In this document: piece after piece, positions 50,432 through 60,747 of the stretch
How the letters are laid out: every line of letters starts with the position of its first letter
Position numbering within the stretch: the stretch's first letter is position 1
Assembly: GCA_963702475.1 (NCBI GenBank)
Contig: CAVPCT010000005.1
Coordinates: 64,001 to 128,000, forward strand
Length of the DNA stretch: 64,000 bases
Direction: 5' to 3'
From: an uncultured Thermoleophilia bacterium
Lineage (GTDB): Bacteria; Actinomycetota; Thermoleophilia; UBA2241
Position numbers and translations under genes: made by a program
The notes under the pieces: generated by a model
What the model saw: only the letters and a program-made list of their open reading frames with translations
Databases searched by the model: none
Told to the model about the DNA's origin: nothing

Positions 50432-51172
50432 TCAGAAGAGCTTGTAGCCCAGGATCGCCTTGAGCCTGCCCAACGCCTTGATGGACTCGCGCGACACCTT
50501 CTTCTGCGTCAGCCCCAGTTCCTCCGCCACCTCCGCCTGCGTGAGCTCGCGGAAGAAGAGCATATAGATGAGACGGCGCTGAAAGCCTGAGAGCTTGTCC
50601 AGCGCGCCGTACAGAGCGATGCGGTCCTCGATAGGCAGGGCGAACGACTCCTGCCGCAGCGAGTGCACAACGTCGGGGTCGGCGATGGCGTCGAGCTCGC
50701 TCGACGAGAACGGCTCGTTGCGGCTGTGCAGCTCGATGCGAGCGTACAGGTTGGTGACCTCCAGGATGCCCGCTTCGTTGATGTTGAGGGCCTCGGCGAG
50801 CTCGCTCATCTGCGGGGGCCGGCCGAGCTTACGGAGCAGCTCGGCCGACTTCGCCTGGATCTCGCCGTAGACCTTCTTGACCCACCGCGGCTGCCGCATG
50901 AGCAACGAGTCGCGCAAATGGTGACGCAGCTCGCCGTCCACGATGGCCGTGGCGTAGGTGGAGAACTTGACGCCACGGTCAGAGTCGAAACGCTGGGCGG
51001 CCTTGATGAGCCCCAGATTGGCGACCTGCAGGAGGTCCTCATAAGGTTCCTGCGCGTAAGCGAAGCGTTTGAGGATGTGATGCAGCAGGTTCTGGTTGCG
51101 CCTGACCAGGTCGTCGAGCGCAGCCGGCGAGCCGCTCTCCGCGTACGCGGCGACGAGGGCCTCGTTGTCCAC
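50432..51172 (-). CDS. Group 3 (SigB/F/G-like) RNA polymerase sigma factor, divergent
   Basis: EDLLQVANLGLIKAAQRFD.DRGVKFSTYA, LGRPPQMSELAEAL, LTQAEVAEELG; 16 nt after pilC stop. Confidence 0.92.
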   Translation of the reverse strand: MDNEALVAAYAESGSPAALDDLVRRNQNLLHHILKRFAYAQEPYEDLLQVANLGLIKAAQRFDSDRGVKFSTYATAIVDGELRHHLRDSLLMRQPRWVKKVYGEIQAKSAELLRKLGRPPQMSELAEALNINEAGILEVTNLYARIELHSRNEPFSSSELDAIADPDVVHSLRQESFALPIEDRIALYGALDKLSGFQRRLIYMLFFRELTQAEVAEELGLTQKKVSRESIKALGRLKAILGYKLF

Positions 51173-51188
51173 GTCCGCCTCTCCGGCC

Positions 51189-52400
51189 CTACTTCACGAT
51201 GTTCATCATGTTGAAGATGGGCAGGTACATGGAGATCACCACGACACCGACGATGGCGCCCACCCCGAGCATGAGGATGGGCTCGAGGATCGACGTGAGC
51301 GACTTGATGCTGGCGTTGACCTCGTCCTCGTAGAAGTCGGCGATCTTGCTGAGCATGGCGTCGAGCGAGCCAGTCTCCTCCCCCACCGAGATCATCTGCG
51401 TGACCATGGCCGGGAACACCGGGACGCTCTCGAGCGGCTTGGTGATGGACTGCCCCTCCTTGACGCTCTGCTGGACGTCCATCATGGCCTTCTCGATGAC
51501 GTAGTTGCCGGCCGCCTGTCCGGTGATCTCGATGGCCTGCAGGATGGGCACGCCGGACGAGATGAGCGTGCCCAGCGTGCGCGAGAACCGCGCCACGGCC
51601 AGCTTGCGGATGATCTGGCCGATGCCCATGGGGATCCTGAGCTTGATCCTGTCCCACGTCTCGCGGCCGCGGTCGGTGCGCTTGAGCCGGCGCAGACCCC
51701 AGACGAGCAGGATGATGGCCGCGAGAAAGGCGAGGCCCCACCAGCTGCGCATCAGGTCGGAGAACGCGACCATGATGCGCGTGAGCAGCGGCAGCTGCGC
51801 GTCGCCGAGGTCCTTGTACATCGCGGCGAAGATGGGGATGAGGAACAGCACCATGCCGAACAGCACCAGGATGGCGAACGAGCCGATGAGGATCGGGTAC
51901 ACCATGGCCGACTTGACGGCCCGGCGGATGCTGTCCTCCTTCTCCAGCTGTGCGGCGAGGCGGTTGAGCACCTCGTCGAGGATACCGCCGAGCTCGCCGG
52001 CACGGACCATGCTGATGTACAGCCGGCTGAACACTCTGGGGTGTTTCTCGAGAGCGTCGGACAGGCTGATGCCCGCCTCCACATCGGCGCGGATGTCGCC
52101 GATGACCTTGGCCAGCTTCTTGTTCGGGGTCTGTTCCTCCAGGACGTACAGACAGCGCAGCATGGACAGACCCGAATTGACCATGGTGGCGAACTGGCGC
52201 GAGAAGACCGTGAGGTCCTTGGCCTTGATGCGCCCGCCGAGCTCTATCTGGCCCCAGCCCTCCTTGACCTCGTTGACGTCGAGGACGGTGAAGCCCTGGT
52301 TGCGCAGCGTCGCGGCGACAGCCGCCTTGGTGTCGCCCTCGATCTTGCCGGCGGTCTGCGCTCCCCGCTGGTCGATGGCCTTGTAGGCGAACGTCGTCAT
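51189..52400 (-). CDS. pilC: Type IV pilus platform protein PilC
   Basis: FSRQFATMVNSG, AGELGGILD, SAMVYP, RFSRTLGTL..SGVPI, GEETGSLD, LEP, MYLPIF. Confidence 0.97.
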   Translation of the reverse strand: MTTFAYKAIDQRGAQTAGKIEGDTKAAVAATLRNQGFTVLDVNEVKEGWGQIELGGRIKAKDLTVFSRQFATMVNSGLSMLRCLYVLEEQTPNKKLAKVIGDIRADVEAGISLSDALEKHPRVFSRLYISMVRAGELGGILDEVLNRLAAQLEKEDSIRRAVKSAMVYPILIGSFAILVLFGMVLFLIPIFAAMYKDLGDAQLPLLTRIMVAFSDLMRSWWGLAFLAAIILLVWGLRRLKRTDRGRETWDRIKLRIPMGIGQIIRKLAVARFSRTLGTLISSGVPILQAIEITGQAAGNYVIEKAMMDVQQSVKEGQSITKPLESVPVFPAMVTQMISVGEETGSLDAMLSKIADFYEDEVNASIKSLTSILEPILMLGVGAIVGVVVISMYLPIFNMMNIVK

Positions 52401-52431
52401 GTGCCTCCCTCAGCCCCTCTCATCACCATGG

Positions 52432-52458
52432 GTATCGGCACTCTTCGCGAATCCTGCA
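52432..52458 (-). promoter_or_regulatory. Candidate sigma28/WhiG-type promoter upstream of pilC
   Basis: TGCAG-N14-GCCGATAC in the pilT-pilC gap; -35 is a weaker match. Confidence 0.55.
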
Positions 52459-52470
52459 GCGTCACTTCGC

Positions 52471-53565
<1,095 letters not shown>

Positions 53566-53605
53566 GGTCACTTCCTCGTGTCGGCGTTGCCGTTCATCAG
53601 ATTCG

Positions 53606-55540
53606 TCAGATGATCACGCGGGCGATCTCTTCGATCGAGGTAAGGCCCTGCAGCACCTTGTCGATGCCGTCCTCGCGCAGCGACTTCATCCCCTCGGCCG
53701 CGGCCACTCGCGAGATCTCGTCCGCGCTCTTGCGCTCCACCGTGAGCCGCCGGATGGCCTCGCTCACGATCATCACCTCGTACAGACCGAGACGGCCCTT
53801 GTAGCCGGTATTGTTGCACCTCGAGCAGCCCTTGTGGCGGTAGAGGGCAACGTCATCCCGTTCACATATCTCGGGTGGGAAGTCGTTCTTGCGGAGCATC
53901 TCCTTGGTGGCGGTGTACGGCTCCCTGCACTCCTTGCAGAGCCGCCGCGCGAGGCGTTGGGCCAGCACGCAGTCCACGGCCGACGCCGTGAGGAACGGCT
54001 CGATACCCATCTCCGTGAGGCGAGACAGCGCGCCAGGGGCGTCGTTGGTGTGCAGTGTGCTCAGCACCAGGTGGCCGGTGAGCGCCGACTCGATGGCGAT
54101 GAGCGCCGTCTCGCGGTCGCGGATCTCGCCCACCATGACGATGTCGGGGTCGCAGCGCAGGATCGAGCGCAGGGCCGCGGCGAACGTCATGCCGGCCCGC
54201 GTGTTCACCTGCACCTGGTTGATGCCCGTAAGGCGGTACTCGACCGGGTCCTCCACGGTGATCACGTTCTTCTCCGTGGAGTTGAGGATGTTGAGCGCCG
54301 CATACAGCGTGGTGGACTTGCCCGATCCGGTGGGTCCCGTCACGAGGATCGCGCCGTAGGGTTTCAAGAACGATTTGCGGAACCGCTTGAGGGCCTTCTC
54401 CGAGAAGCCGAGGTCCTCAAGACCGAGGAGGACGTTGGACTTGTCGAGCAGGCGCGTGACGACCTTCTCGCCGTACACCGTGGGCAGCGAAGCCACACGC
54501 ATGTCGATGGGCTTGCCGCCGACGACGAGGCCAATGCGACCGTCCTGCGGCACGCGCCGCTCCGCGATGTCCAGCTCGGCCATGATCTTCAGGCGGCTGA
54601 GGACCGCCGGCTGCATGCGCCGCGGCACGCTCATGATCTCGTGCAGCACGCCGTCGATGCGGAAGCGGATGAGGAGCTCCTTCGCCTGCGGTTCGAAGTG
54701 GATGTCGCTCGCGCCGTCGTCCACTGACTGGGCGATCACCGAGTTGACGAGTTTGACGATCGGCGCCTCTTCTGTGGCCTCGCGGATGTCGGCGGGCTCA
54801 CCCTCGAGCTCCAGGAACCCTTCGTCACCGAGCACGGTCTCGTCGATCTCGGCGCGCTCGCGGTAGATCTTGGCGATAGCGCCGTAGATGTCCTCCGCGC
54901 TGGCGATGGCCGGACGGATGCCGAAGCCTGTGATGATCTCCAGGTCCTGCAGGGCCACGAGGTTCTGCGGGTCGACCATGGCCACGAGCAGGGTGTTGTC
55001 GTCCAGGAACTTCACCGGGGCGACTCCGTATCGGCGCGCCAGGCGCTCGTCGATGTACCCTGCGGCGGCCGCGTCCAGCGGCGTGTCGGTGAGATCGATG
55101 TAGGTGACGCCGAACTTGGCCCCGAGCGCCCGGGCGAGGTCGAGCTCGGTGACGATGCCGTCGTCCACGAGGATCTGACCGAGGCGCTGGCGAGTCTCTG
55201 CCTGCTTCGCGAGCGCGGCGCCGATCTGCGCCTCAGTGGCCAGGCCCATCTCCTTGAGGATGTCGCCGAGGCGCAGTCTGGAGGCGCGAGGCGCGTCCGC
55301 GGACGGGGTAACGCCGGCAGTTGTGAGCGGCGGCGCCTGGCCGGTGAACCCGCCCACGAGCGCGGCATCGGCGGCCTCGACGAGCCCGTCGAGGGGGCCG
55401 CTGACACGCGAGACCGGCTCCTGCCTCTCGTCAGGCGCCACACCCGATGGAGTCATGAACGGTTCCAGCGATCCCCCTCCGTCGGCGGGCACCAGCAAGG
55501 GGCCCGTGGCGGTCCGTCCTTCCGTCTCCTCGTCCTTCAT
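53606..55540 (-). CDS. pilB: Type IV pilus extension ATPase PilB with N-terminal MshEN domain
   Basis: ASDIHFEP, ERRVPQDGR, GPTGSGKSTT, LRCDPD, CKEC/CSRC Zn motif; tandem RLG motifs; true start may be downstream. Confidence 0.97.
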   Translation of the reverse strand: MKDEETEGRTATGPLLVPADGGGSLEPFMTPSGVAPDERQEPVSRVSGPLDGLVEAADAALVGGFTGQAPPLTTAGVTPSADAPRASRLRLGDILKEMGLATEAQIGAALAKQAETRQRLGQILVDDGIVTELDLARALGAKFGVTYIDLTDTPLDAAAAGYIDERLARRYGVAPVKFLDDNTLLVAMVDPQNLVALQDLEIITGFGIRPAIASAEDIYGAIAKIYRERAEIDETVLGDEGFLELEGEPADIREATEEAPIVKLVNSVIAQSVDDGASDIHFEPQAKELLIRFRIDGVLHEIMSVPRRMQPAVLSRLKIMAELDIAERRVPQDGRIGLVVGGKPIDMRVASLPTVYGEKVVTRLLDKSNVLLGLEDLGFSEKALKRFRKSFLKPYGAILVTGPTGSGKSTTLYAALNILNSTEKNVITVEDPVEYRLTGINQVQVNTRAGMTFAAALRSILRCDPDIVMVGEIRDRETALIAIESALTGHLVLSTLHTNDAPGALSRLTEMGIEPFLTASAVDCVLAQRLARRLCKECREPYTATKEMLRKNDFPPEICERDDVALYRHKGCSRCNNTGYKGRLGLYEVMIVSEAIRRLTVERKSADEISRVAAAEGMKSLREDGIDKVLQGLTSIEEIARVII

Positions 55541-56376
55541 ACGGCTTCTCGCATCGCTTCCAGCGGCGCCGGTAGGCCTGTCCAGACCTCGAACGCTGCC
55601 GCCGCCTGGAACAGGAGCATCTCGAGCCCGTCGATGACTGTCGCTCCGCGAGCCCTGGCCTCATCTAGGAAGCGCGTCCCGCCTCGAGCGTACACGAGGT
55701 CGAATGCCACGTGACGCGTGGTAAGGGTATCGGCCAAGGACGCAGGGACTTTACCGCCGCCTTCCATGCCGAGCGTGGTGGCGTTGACGACGAGGACATG
55801 CGCGGCCACCAGCCGCTCGTCGAGACGATCGAACGGGAGCCGTTGGCAAGCCGTTCCGGGTACGGCAGCGGTGACCAGCGCGGCGAGGCGCGCGGCCGCC
55901 TCCTCAGTGCGGTTCACCACCGTGAGACGCAGGCCCATCCTGGCGAGCGCCAGCGCGGCCGCACGGGCGGCGCCGCCGGCACCCAGGATGAGCGCCGGCG
56001 CGTCGCGTAGGGAAGCGCCGCAGACGCTCACCACGGCGGCGCGCACACCCTCCACGTCGGTGTTGTGCCCCACCAGGGCCCCATCGGCAACGGCGATGGT
56101 GTTCACCGCCTCCAGCAGCGCCGCGTCGCCTTCGAGCCGGTCCAGCAGAGGCACCACGGCGGTCTTGTGCGGGACCGTGACGTTGGCGCCGCGCATCCCG
56201 AGGGCCCGCAGGCCCTCCACAGCGGCGCCCGCCCCGCCCGGAGCGACAGGCAGGGGCACGTACACCCAGTCCAGCCCCAGAGCCGCGAAGGCGGCGTTGT
56301 GGATCGCCGGCGACAACGAGCGCGCGACCGGGTGCCCGATGATGCCGACCACGGATGTCGTGCCCGAGACTCTCAG
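55537..56376 (-). CDS. aroE: Shikimate dehydrogenase
   Basis: IGHPVARSLSP.IHN, GANVTVPHK, AVNTI, NTDVEG, GAGGAARA, NATTLG, GLEML; start either CTG 56376 or GTG 56352. Confidence 0.95.
   Translation of the reverse strand: MRVSGTTSVVGIIGHPVARSLSPAIHNAAFAALGLDWVYVPLPVAPGGAGAAVEGLRALGMRGANVTVPHKTAVVPLLDRLEGDAALLEAVNTIAVADGALVGHNTDVEGVRAAVVSVCGASLRDAPALILGAGGAARAAALALARMGLRLTVVNRTEEAAARLAALVTAAVPGTACQRLPFDRLDERLVAAHVLVVNATTLGMEGGGKVPASLADTLTTRHVAFDLVYARGGTRFLDEARARGATVIDGLEMLLFQAAAAFEVWTGLPAPLEAMREAV
55727..55753 (-). promoter_or_regulatory. Sigma28/WhiG-type promoter inside aroE, pointing to pilB
   Basis: TAAAG-N14-GCCGATAC on minus strand. Confidence 0.7.
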
Positions 56377-56518
56377 TGACTCACCCCAAGACGTCGGAGG
56401 ACGGGCGGACGGCCCGTGCCCTTCCGTCTAGATTAGGCGCCGACCCGGGCGCTCCTGCCGCGGAACGTCGTGAAAGCACAGCGGCGCGGCCCCCGCGTGA
56501 CGACGGCGCCACACCGGG

Positions 56519-57706
56519 TCACTCGCCGTTGGCGCGAGCCTTGGCCTGGTCCTTGAGGAACTGCTCGTAGGTCGCCGAGAAGTAGTGCCGCCCCGATCCG
56601 TCGTTGCGGGCCACGTAGTACAGGTACGGCACGTCGTCGGGATCGGCGGCGGCCTTGAGCGCCGCCAGACCGGGGTTGGAGATCGGCGTCGGCGGCAGGC
56701 CGGCGTGCTTGTACGTGTTGTACGGCGAGTCGACCTCGAGGTCGTCGAACGTGAGCACCGGCTTGGTCTTGCCGAGAGCGTACTGGATGGTGGCATCGAT
56801 CTGCAGCAGCATGTCCTGTCTCAGGCGGTTCCAGATGACGGCGGCGACCTTGCGGCGTTCACCCGCCGACTGTGACTCCTTCTCGATCATCGAGGCGATG
56901 ACGACCACGTCGTAGGCGGTGAGGTTCGCCTTTCGGGCGCGGGCGAGATCGACCTTGGAGAAGTTGTCGTCGAACGCCGCGAGCTGGTCGTCGACGAACT
57001 CGGCTGCGGTGCTCTTCGGCAACACCTCGTAGGTCGCAGGGAACAGCATGCCCTCCAGTGTGGTGCCGGGCTTGTACCCCTGGAGCCTGAACGGCGGGGG
57101 CTCGTCGCGGGCGACGTCGACGTAGTCCGCCGCGGAGATGGCCGGCACGGCCGCGGCCACGCGCGCGGACGCCTGCTTCAGCGTGGTGCCCTCGGGGATG
57201 CTGACCTTCACGGTGGGCGCGTTGACGCCCTTGCTGAGCAGCGCCACCAGCTTGTCGTAGGGCTCGTTCCTGTGGAGTGTGTACGTGCCCGGCTTGAACC
57301 TGGTGGCGTAGCCGTCGCCCTCGGCCTTGATGACGAAGGCGCGCGCGTGCTTCACGACGCCCTTCTCCTCGAGCTCTGCGGCGATGGCGCTCAGGCTCGC
57401 GCCGGCGGGGACCACGACCTCGACGGTCCCCCCCACTTCACCGGTGGCGAAGTAGCCGCGCGCGTAGCCGGTGCCGGCCCCGAGCACGAAAGCGAGCACG
57501 GCGACGAGCAGGTAGCCGGCTACTCGCCTGCGCCGGCGACCCGGCCGCGGCCGATCGCCGCCGCAGGACGGTTCGGCGGGCGCCCAGCCGGAAGCAGGGG
57601 CGGCCGCGGAGCGCTTCTTCTTCGTGCCGCCGCCCTGGTAGATCTGCCAGCCCTCCCCGGGGGGGCGCGAGCCCGCCGGGACAGGCGGCTGCCGGTCACT
57701 CGTCAA
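56519..57706 (-). CDS. mltG: Endolytic transglycosylase MltG
   Basis: TM anchor, IPEG, LEGMLFPATY, ASMIEKE, LQIDAT, SPYNTY...GLPPTPISNPG. Confidence 0.96.
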   Translation of the reverse strand: MTSDRQPPVPAGSRPPGEGWQIYQGGGTKKKRSAAAPASGWAPAEPSCGGDRPRPGRRRRRVAGYLLVAVLAFVLGAGTGYARGYFATGEVGGTVEVVVPAGASLSAIAAELEEKGVVKHARAFVIKAEGDGYATRFKPGTYTLHRNEPYDKLVALLSKGVNAPTVKVSIPEGTTLKQASARVAAAVPAISAADYVDVARDEPPPFRLQGYKPGTTLEGMLFPATYEVLPKSTAAEFVDDQLAAFDDNFSKVDLARARKANLTAYDVVVIASMIEKESQSAGERRKVAAVIWNRLRQDMLLQIDATIQYALGKTKPVLTFDDLEVDSPYNTYKHAGLPPTPISNPGLAALKAAADPDDVPYLYYVARNDGSGRHYFSATYEQFLKDQAKARANGE

Positions 57707-58085
57707 CGATCGTCCTCAAGTAGTCTTCGAGGAGAGTCGCCGCGGCGCGGGCGTCGCGCGCGGCGCGCCCCCCGCGTCTGTCGGCGAGAGTCGAAGTATA
57801 CCGCTCATCGTACAGCTCGACGGGGACGTCGACCGCCTTGGCGAGCCGGCCGGCGAAGGCCCTCGCCCGTGCCGCTTGCGCGTGCTCGCGCCCGTCGAGA
57901 GACACGGGCAGACCCACGACGATGCGCTGCGGGTGTTGCGCGGCGATGAGCTCCAGCAACGCCTTCTGCCCCGCAGCGCCCTCGACCCGCTCGACGACCC
58001 CGAGCGGCGTCGCCAGCGTGCCGGTCTCGTCCGAGACCGCCACGCCGGTGCGCACCTGACCGTGATCGAGCGCGAGGACCCGCAC
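57696..58085 (-). CDS. ruvX: Holliday junction resolvase-like RuvX/YqgF
   Basis: LALDHG..RTGVAVSD, VVGLP, DERYTS, DARAA..LLE. Confidence 0.94.
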   Translation of the reverse strand: MRVLALDHGQVRTGVAVSDETGTLATPLGVVERVEGAAGQKALLELIAAQHPQRIVVGLPVSLDGREHAQAARARAFAGRLAKAVDVPVELYDERYTSTLADRRGGRAARDARAAATLLEDYLRTIVDE

Positions 58086-60716
58086 TCAGGACCCGAGCAG
58101 CTCCGCCAGCCGTGCGAGCCCCGCGTCGAGCGCCTCCTGGATGCCCTCGACGCGCGAGCCGCCGCCACGGGCGAGCGCGGGCTTGCCCCCGCCCCTGCCC
58201 TCCACGGCCGGCATCATGGCCTTCAGCACCTCGCTGGCATGGGCGCCGCGGCCCACAGCCCCGTCGGGCGCGGCCACGACGGCGGCCACGCGCCCTTCGA
58301 TCTCCGTGGCGAGCAGCAGCACGGCCTGGGGGTCCCTGGCCCTGACTTCGTCGGCCAGCGCCAGCAGCTCGTCGGCCGCGTCCACCTGCGGCGACGCGGC
58401 CACCACGGTCAGGCCGCTCACGTCGCGCGCGGCAGCCAGCAGGTCGCCGGCCAGGTCGCGGCGTTCGCCGCTCTCGGCGGCCTTGAGCTTCGCCTGCAGC
58501 TCGGCCACCTGACCCGCCAGCTTGCCGACCACGGCCGGGACGCGCTCCTCCTTGACGCCGAGCTCCGCCGCCACGCCGCCCCAGGCCGACTCGAGTTCGC
58601 GGTAGTGCTGGATGGCGGCCGCCGAGGTTATGGCCTCGATGCGCCGCGTGTTGGCGCCGACCGACTGGCTCGACGTGATCCTGCAGAGGCCGATCTGCGA
58701 GGTGGACGACACGTGCGTGCCGCCGCACAGCTCGCGGCTGAAGTCGTCGATCTCGAGCACGCGCACGAACTCGCCGTACTTCTCCTCGAACTGACCGATT
58801 GCGCCGATCTCGGCGGCGTACTCGCGCGTGGTGACGAACGGTCGCACGGGGTGGTTCTCGGTGATGCGCCGGTTCACGAGATCCTCGACCTGGCGAAGCT
58901 GCTCGGCCGTCGGCGCCTCGCGCACGGAGAAGTCAAAGCGCAGGCGATCCGGGCTCACCAGCGAGCCGGCCTGGCGCACGGGCTGCCCCAGTACGATGCG
59001 CAGAGCGTTGTGCAGCAGGTGCGTGGCGGTATGGTTGCACGCGGTCTGGTGGCGCCGCACGGCGTTCACCATGGCTTTGGCGCGCTCGCCCGGCTGCACG
59101 GCGCCCTCCACGAGCCGGGCCACGAGCACCTGGTCGTTCTCGAACCGCACCACGTCCTCGACGTCGAGCTTGCCGCCGTCGGTGTGGATCCAGCCCGCGT
59201 CGGCCACCTGACCGCCGCCCTCGGCGTAGAAGGGCGATTCCGCCAGCTTCACGGCCACGCGCCCGTCCGAGAGCTCGCGGCAGGCGCGCACCACTGTGAA
59301 GACCTCGAGGCGTTCGTAGCCGACGAAGGCCACGGCCGACTCGGCGTTGTCGCGCTGGAACTCCTCGAGCTCGCCGGGGCCACTGGAGCCGAACGCGCCC
59401 GCCTTCTGGCTGGAGCGGGCGCGCTCACGCTGCTCCTCCATGAGGTGCTCGAAGCGCTCCTCGTCCACCGTCATGTCCTGCTCCGAGGCGATCTCGCGGG
59501 TGAGATCGAACGGGAACCCGTAGGTATCGTGCAGCTCGAACGCCACCTCGGCCGGCAGCTCGGTGCCGGCGTCGCGGGCGCGCCGCAGGGCCTCCTCGAG
59601 GATCCCCATGCCCTGCTCGAGCGTACGGCGGAAGCGTACCTCCTCCTCACCGGCGACGCGCCTGATCTCGGGCTGCGCTGCCACGAGGGCCGGATAGGCC
59701 GCGCCCATGTGCTCGACGACGGTGTCGGCGAGGTCGGCCAGGAACGGCTTCTCGACGCCGATCGCCACGGCCTGCTGCACGGCGCGGCGGATGATGCGCC
59801 GCAACACGTAGTCGCGGCCGTCGTTTCCGGGCAGCACGCCGTCCATGATGAGGAAGGCCGCGCCCCTGGCGTGCTCGGCCATGGTACGCAGGGCGCGCGT
59901 GACGGCGGGCGAGGCTGCGGGCGTCACACCCGCCAGCTCCGCGCCCCGCTCCACGAGCGGCCGGAACAGGTCGGTGTCGAACACGTTGGCCACACCCTGG
60001 GTGATGCCGGCGATGCGCTCGAGGCCCATGCCGGTGTCGATGCTGCCGTTGGGCAGCGGCGTGAGATGGCCGACCTCGTCCATGTCGTACTGCACGAACA
60101 CCAGGTTCCAGTACTCCAGATAGCGGTCGCAGTCGCAGCCCGGCTTGCAGCCGGGGTCGTCGCAGCCGCGCTCCGGGCCGAAGTCGTAGTAGAGCTCGGA
60201 GCAGGGACCGCACGGGCCCGTGGGTCCGGCCGGGCCCCAGAAGTTGTCGCCGCGACCGAGACGCACGATGCGGTCGTCACTGAAGCCGTGGGACTTCCAC
60301 AGCTCCACGGCCTCCTCGTCGGCGGGGACCTGCGGGTCGCCGCCGTACACGCTCACCCAGACCCTCTCCCTGGGGACGCCGAGCCTGTCGGAGAGCTCCA
60401 GCGCCCACTGGATGGCCTCGGCCTTGAAGTAGTCGCCGAACGAGAAGTTGCCGAGCATCTCGAAGAAGGTGAGGTGGCGGGCGGTCTTGCCGACGTTCTC
60501 CACGTCCGAGGTACGGAACGAGCGCTGGCACGTGGTGATGCGTGTGGCCGGGGGTTTCTCGGTGCCAAGGAAGTAGGGCTTGTACTGCTGCATGCCGGCG
60601 GTGGTGAAGAGCACGCTGGCGTCACCGGCGGGCACGAGGCTCGCCGGCTCGCCGGCGAGGTGGCCCCGCTCGACGAAGAAGTCACGGTACAGGTCGCGTA
60701 TGTCGGCAGCGTTCAC
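58086..60716 (-). CDS. alaS: Alanine--tRNA ligase
   Basis: LFTTAGMQ, RHLTFFEMLGNFSFGDYFK, IDTGMGLER, NHTATHLL, ELCGGTH, GGGK. Confidence 0.98.
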   Translation of the reverse strand: MNAADIRDLYRDFFVERGHLAGEPASLVPAGDASVLFTTAGMQQYKPYFLGTEKPPATRITTCQRSFRTSDVENVGKTARHLTFFEMLGNFSFGDYFKAEAIQWALELSDRLGVPRERVWVSVYGGDPQVPADEEAVELWKSHGFSDDRIVRLGRGDNFWGPAGPTGPCGPCSELYYDFGPERGCDDPGCKPGCDCDRYLEYWNLVFVQYDMDEVGHLTPLPNGSIDTGMGLERIAGITQGVANVFDTDLFRPLVERGAELAGVTPAASPAVTRALRTMAEHARGAAFLIMDGVLPGNDGRDYVLRRIIRRAVQQAVAIGVEKPFLADLADTVVEHMGAAYPALVAAQPEIRRVAGEEEVRFRRTLEQGMGILEEALRRARDAGTELPAEVAFELHDTYGFPFDLTREIASEQDMTVDEERFEHLMEEQRERARSSQKAGAFGSSGPGELEEFQRDNAESAVAFVGYERLEVFTVVRACRELSDGRVAVKLAESPFYAEGGGQVADAGWIHTDGGKLDVEDVVRFENDQVLVARLVEGAVQPGERAKAMVNAVRRHQTACNHTATHLLHNALRIVLGQPVRQAGSLVSPDRLRFDFSVREAPTAEQLRQVEDLVNRRITENHPVRPFVTTREYAAEIGAIGQFEEKYGEFVRVLEIDDFSRELCGGTHVSSTSQIGLCRITSSQSVGANTRRIEAITSAAAIQHYRELESAWGGVAAELGVKEERVPAVVGKLAGQVAELQAKLKAAESGERRDLAGDLLAAARDVSGLTVVAASPQVDAADELLALADEVRARDPQAVLLLATEIEGRVAAVVAAPDGAVGRGAHASEVLKAMMPAVEGRGGGKPALARGGGSRVEGIQEALDAGLARLAELLGS

Positions 60717-60747
60717 TGGGGGCCTCGCGTCGTTGAGGGAAACGGGT

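Noticed and set aside
53572-53605. GCCGACAC upstream of pilT as a fifth sigma28 promoter
   Set aside because: No -35 match at 14-15 nt spacing, and it abuts the RBS
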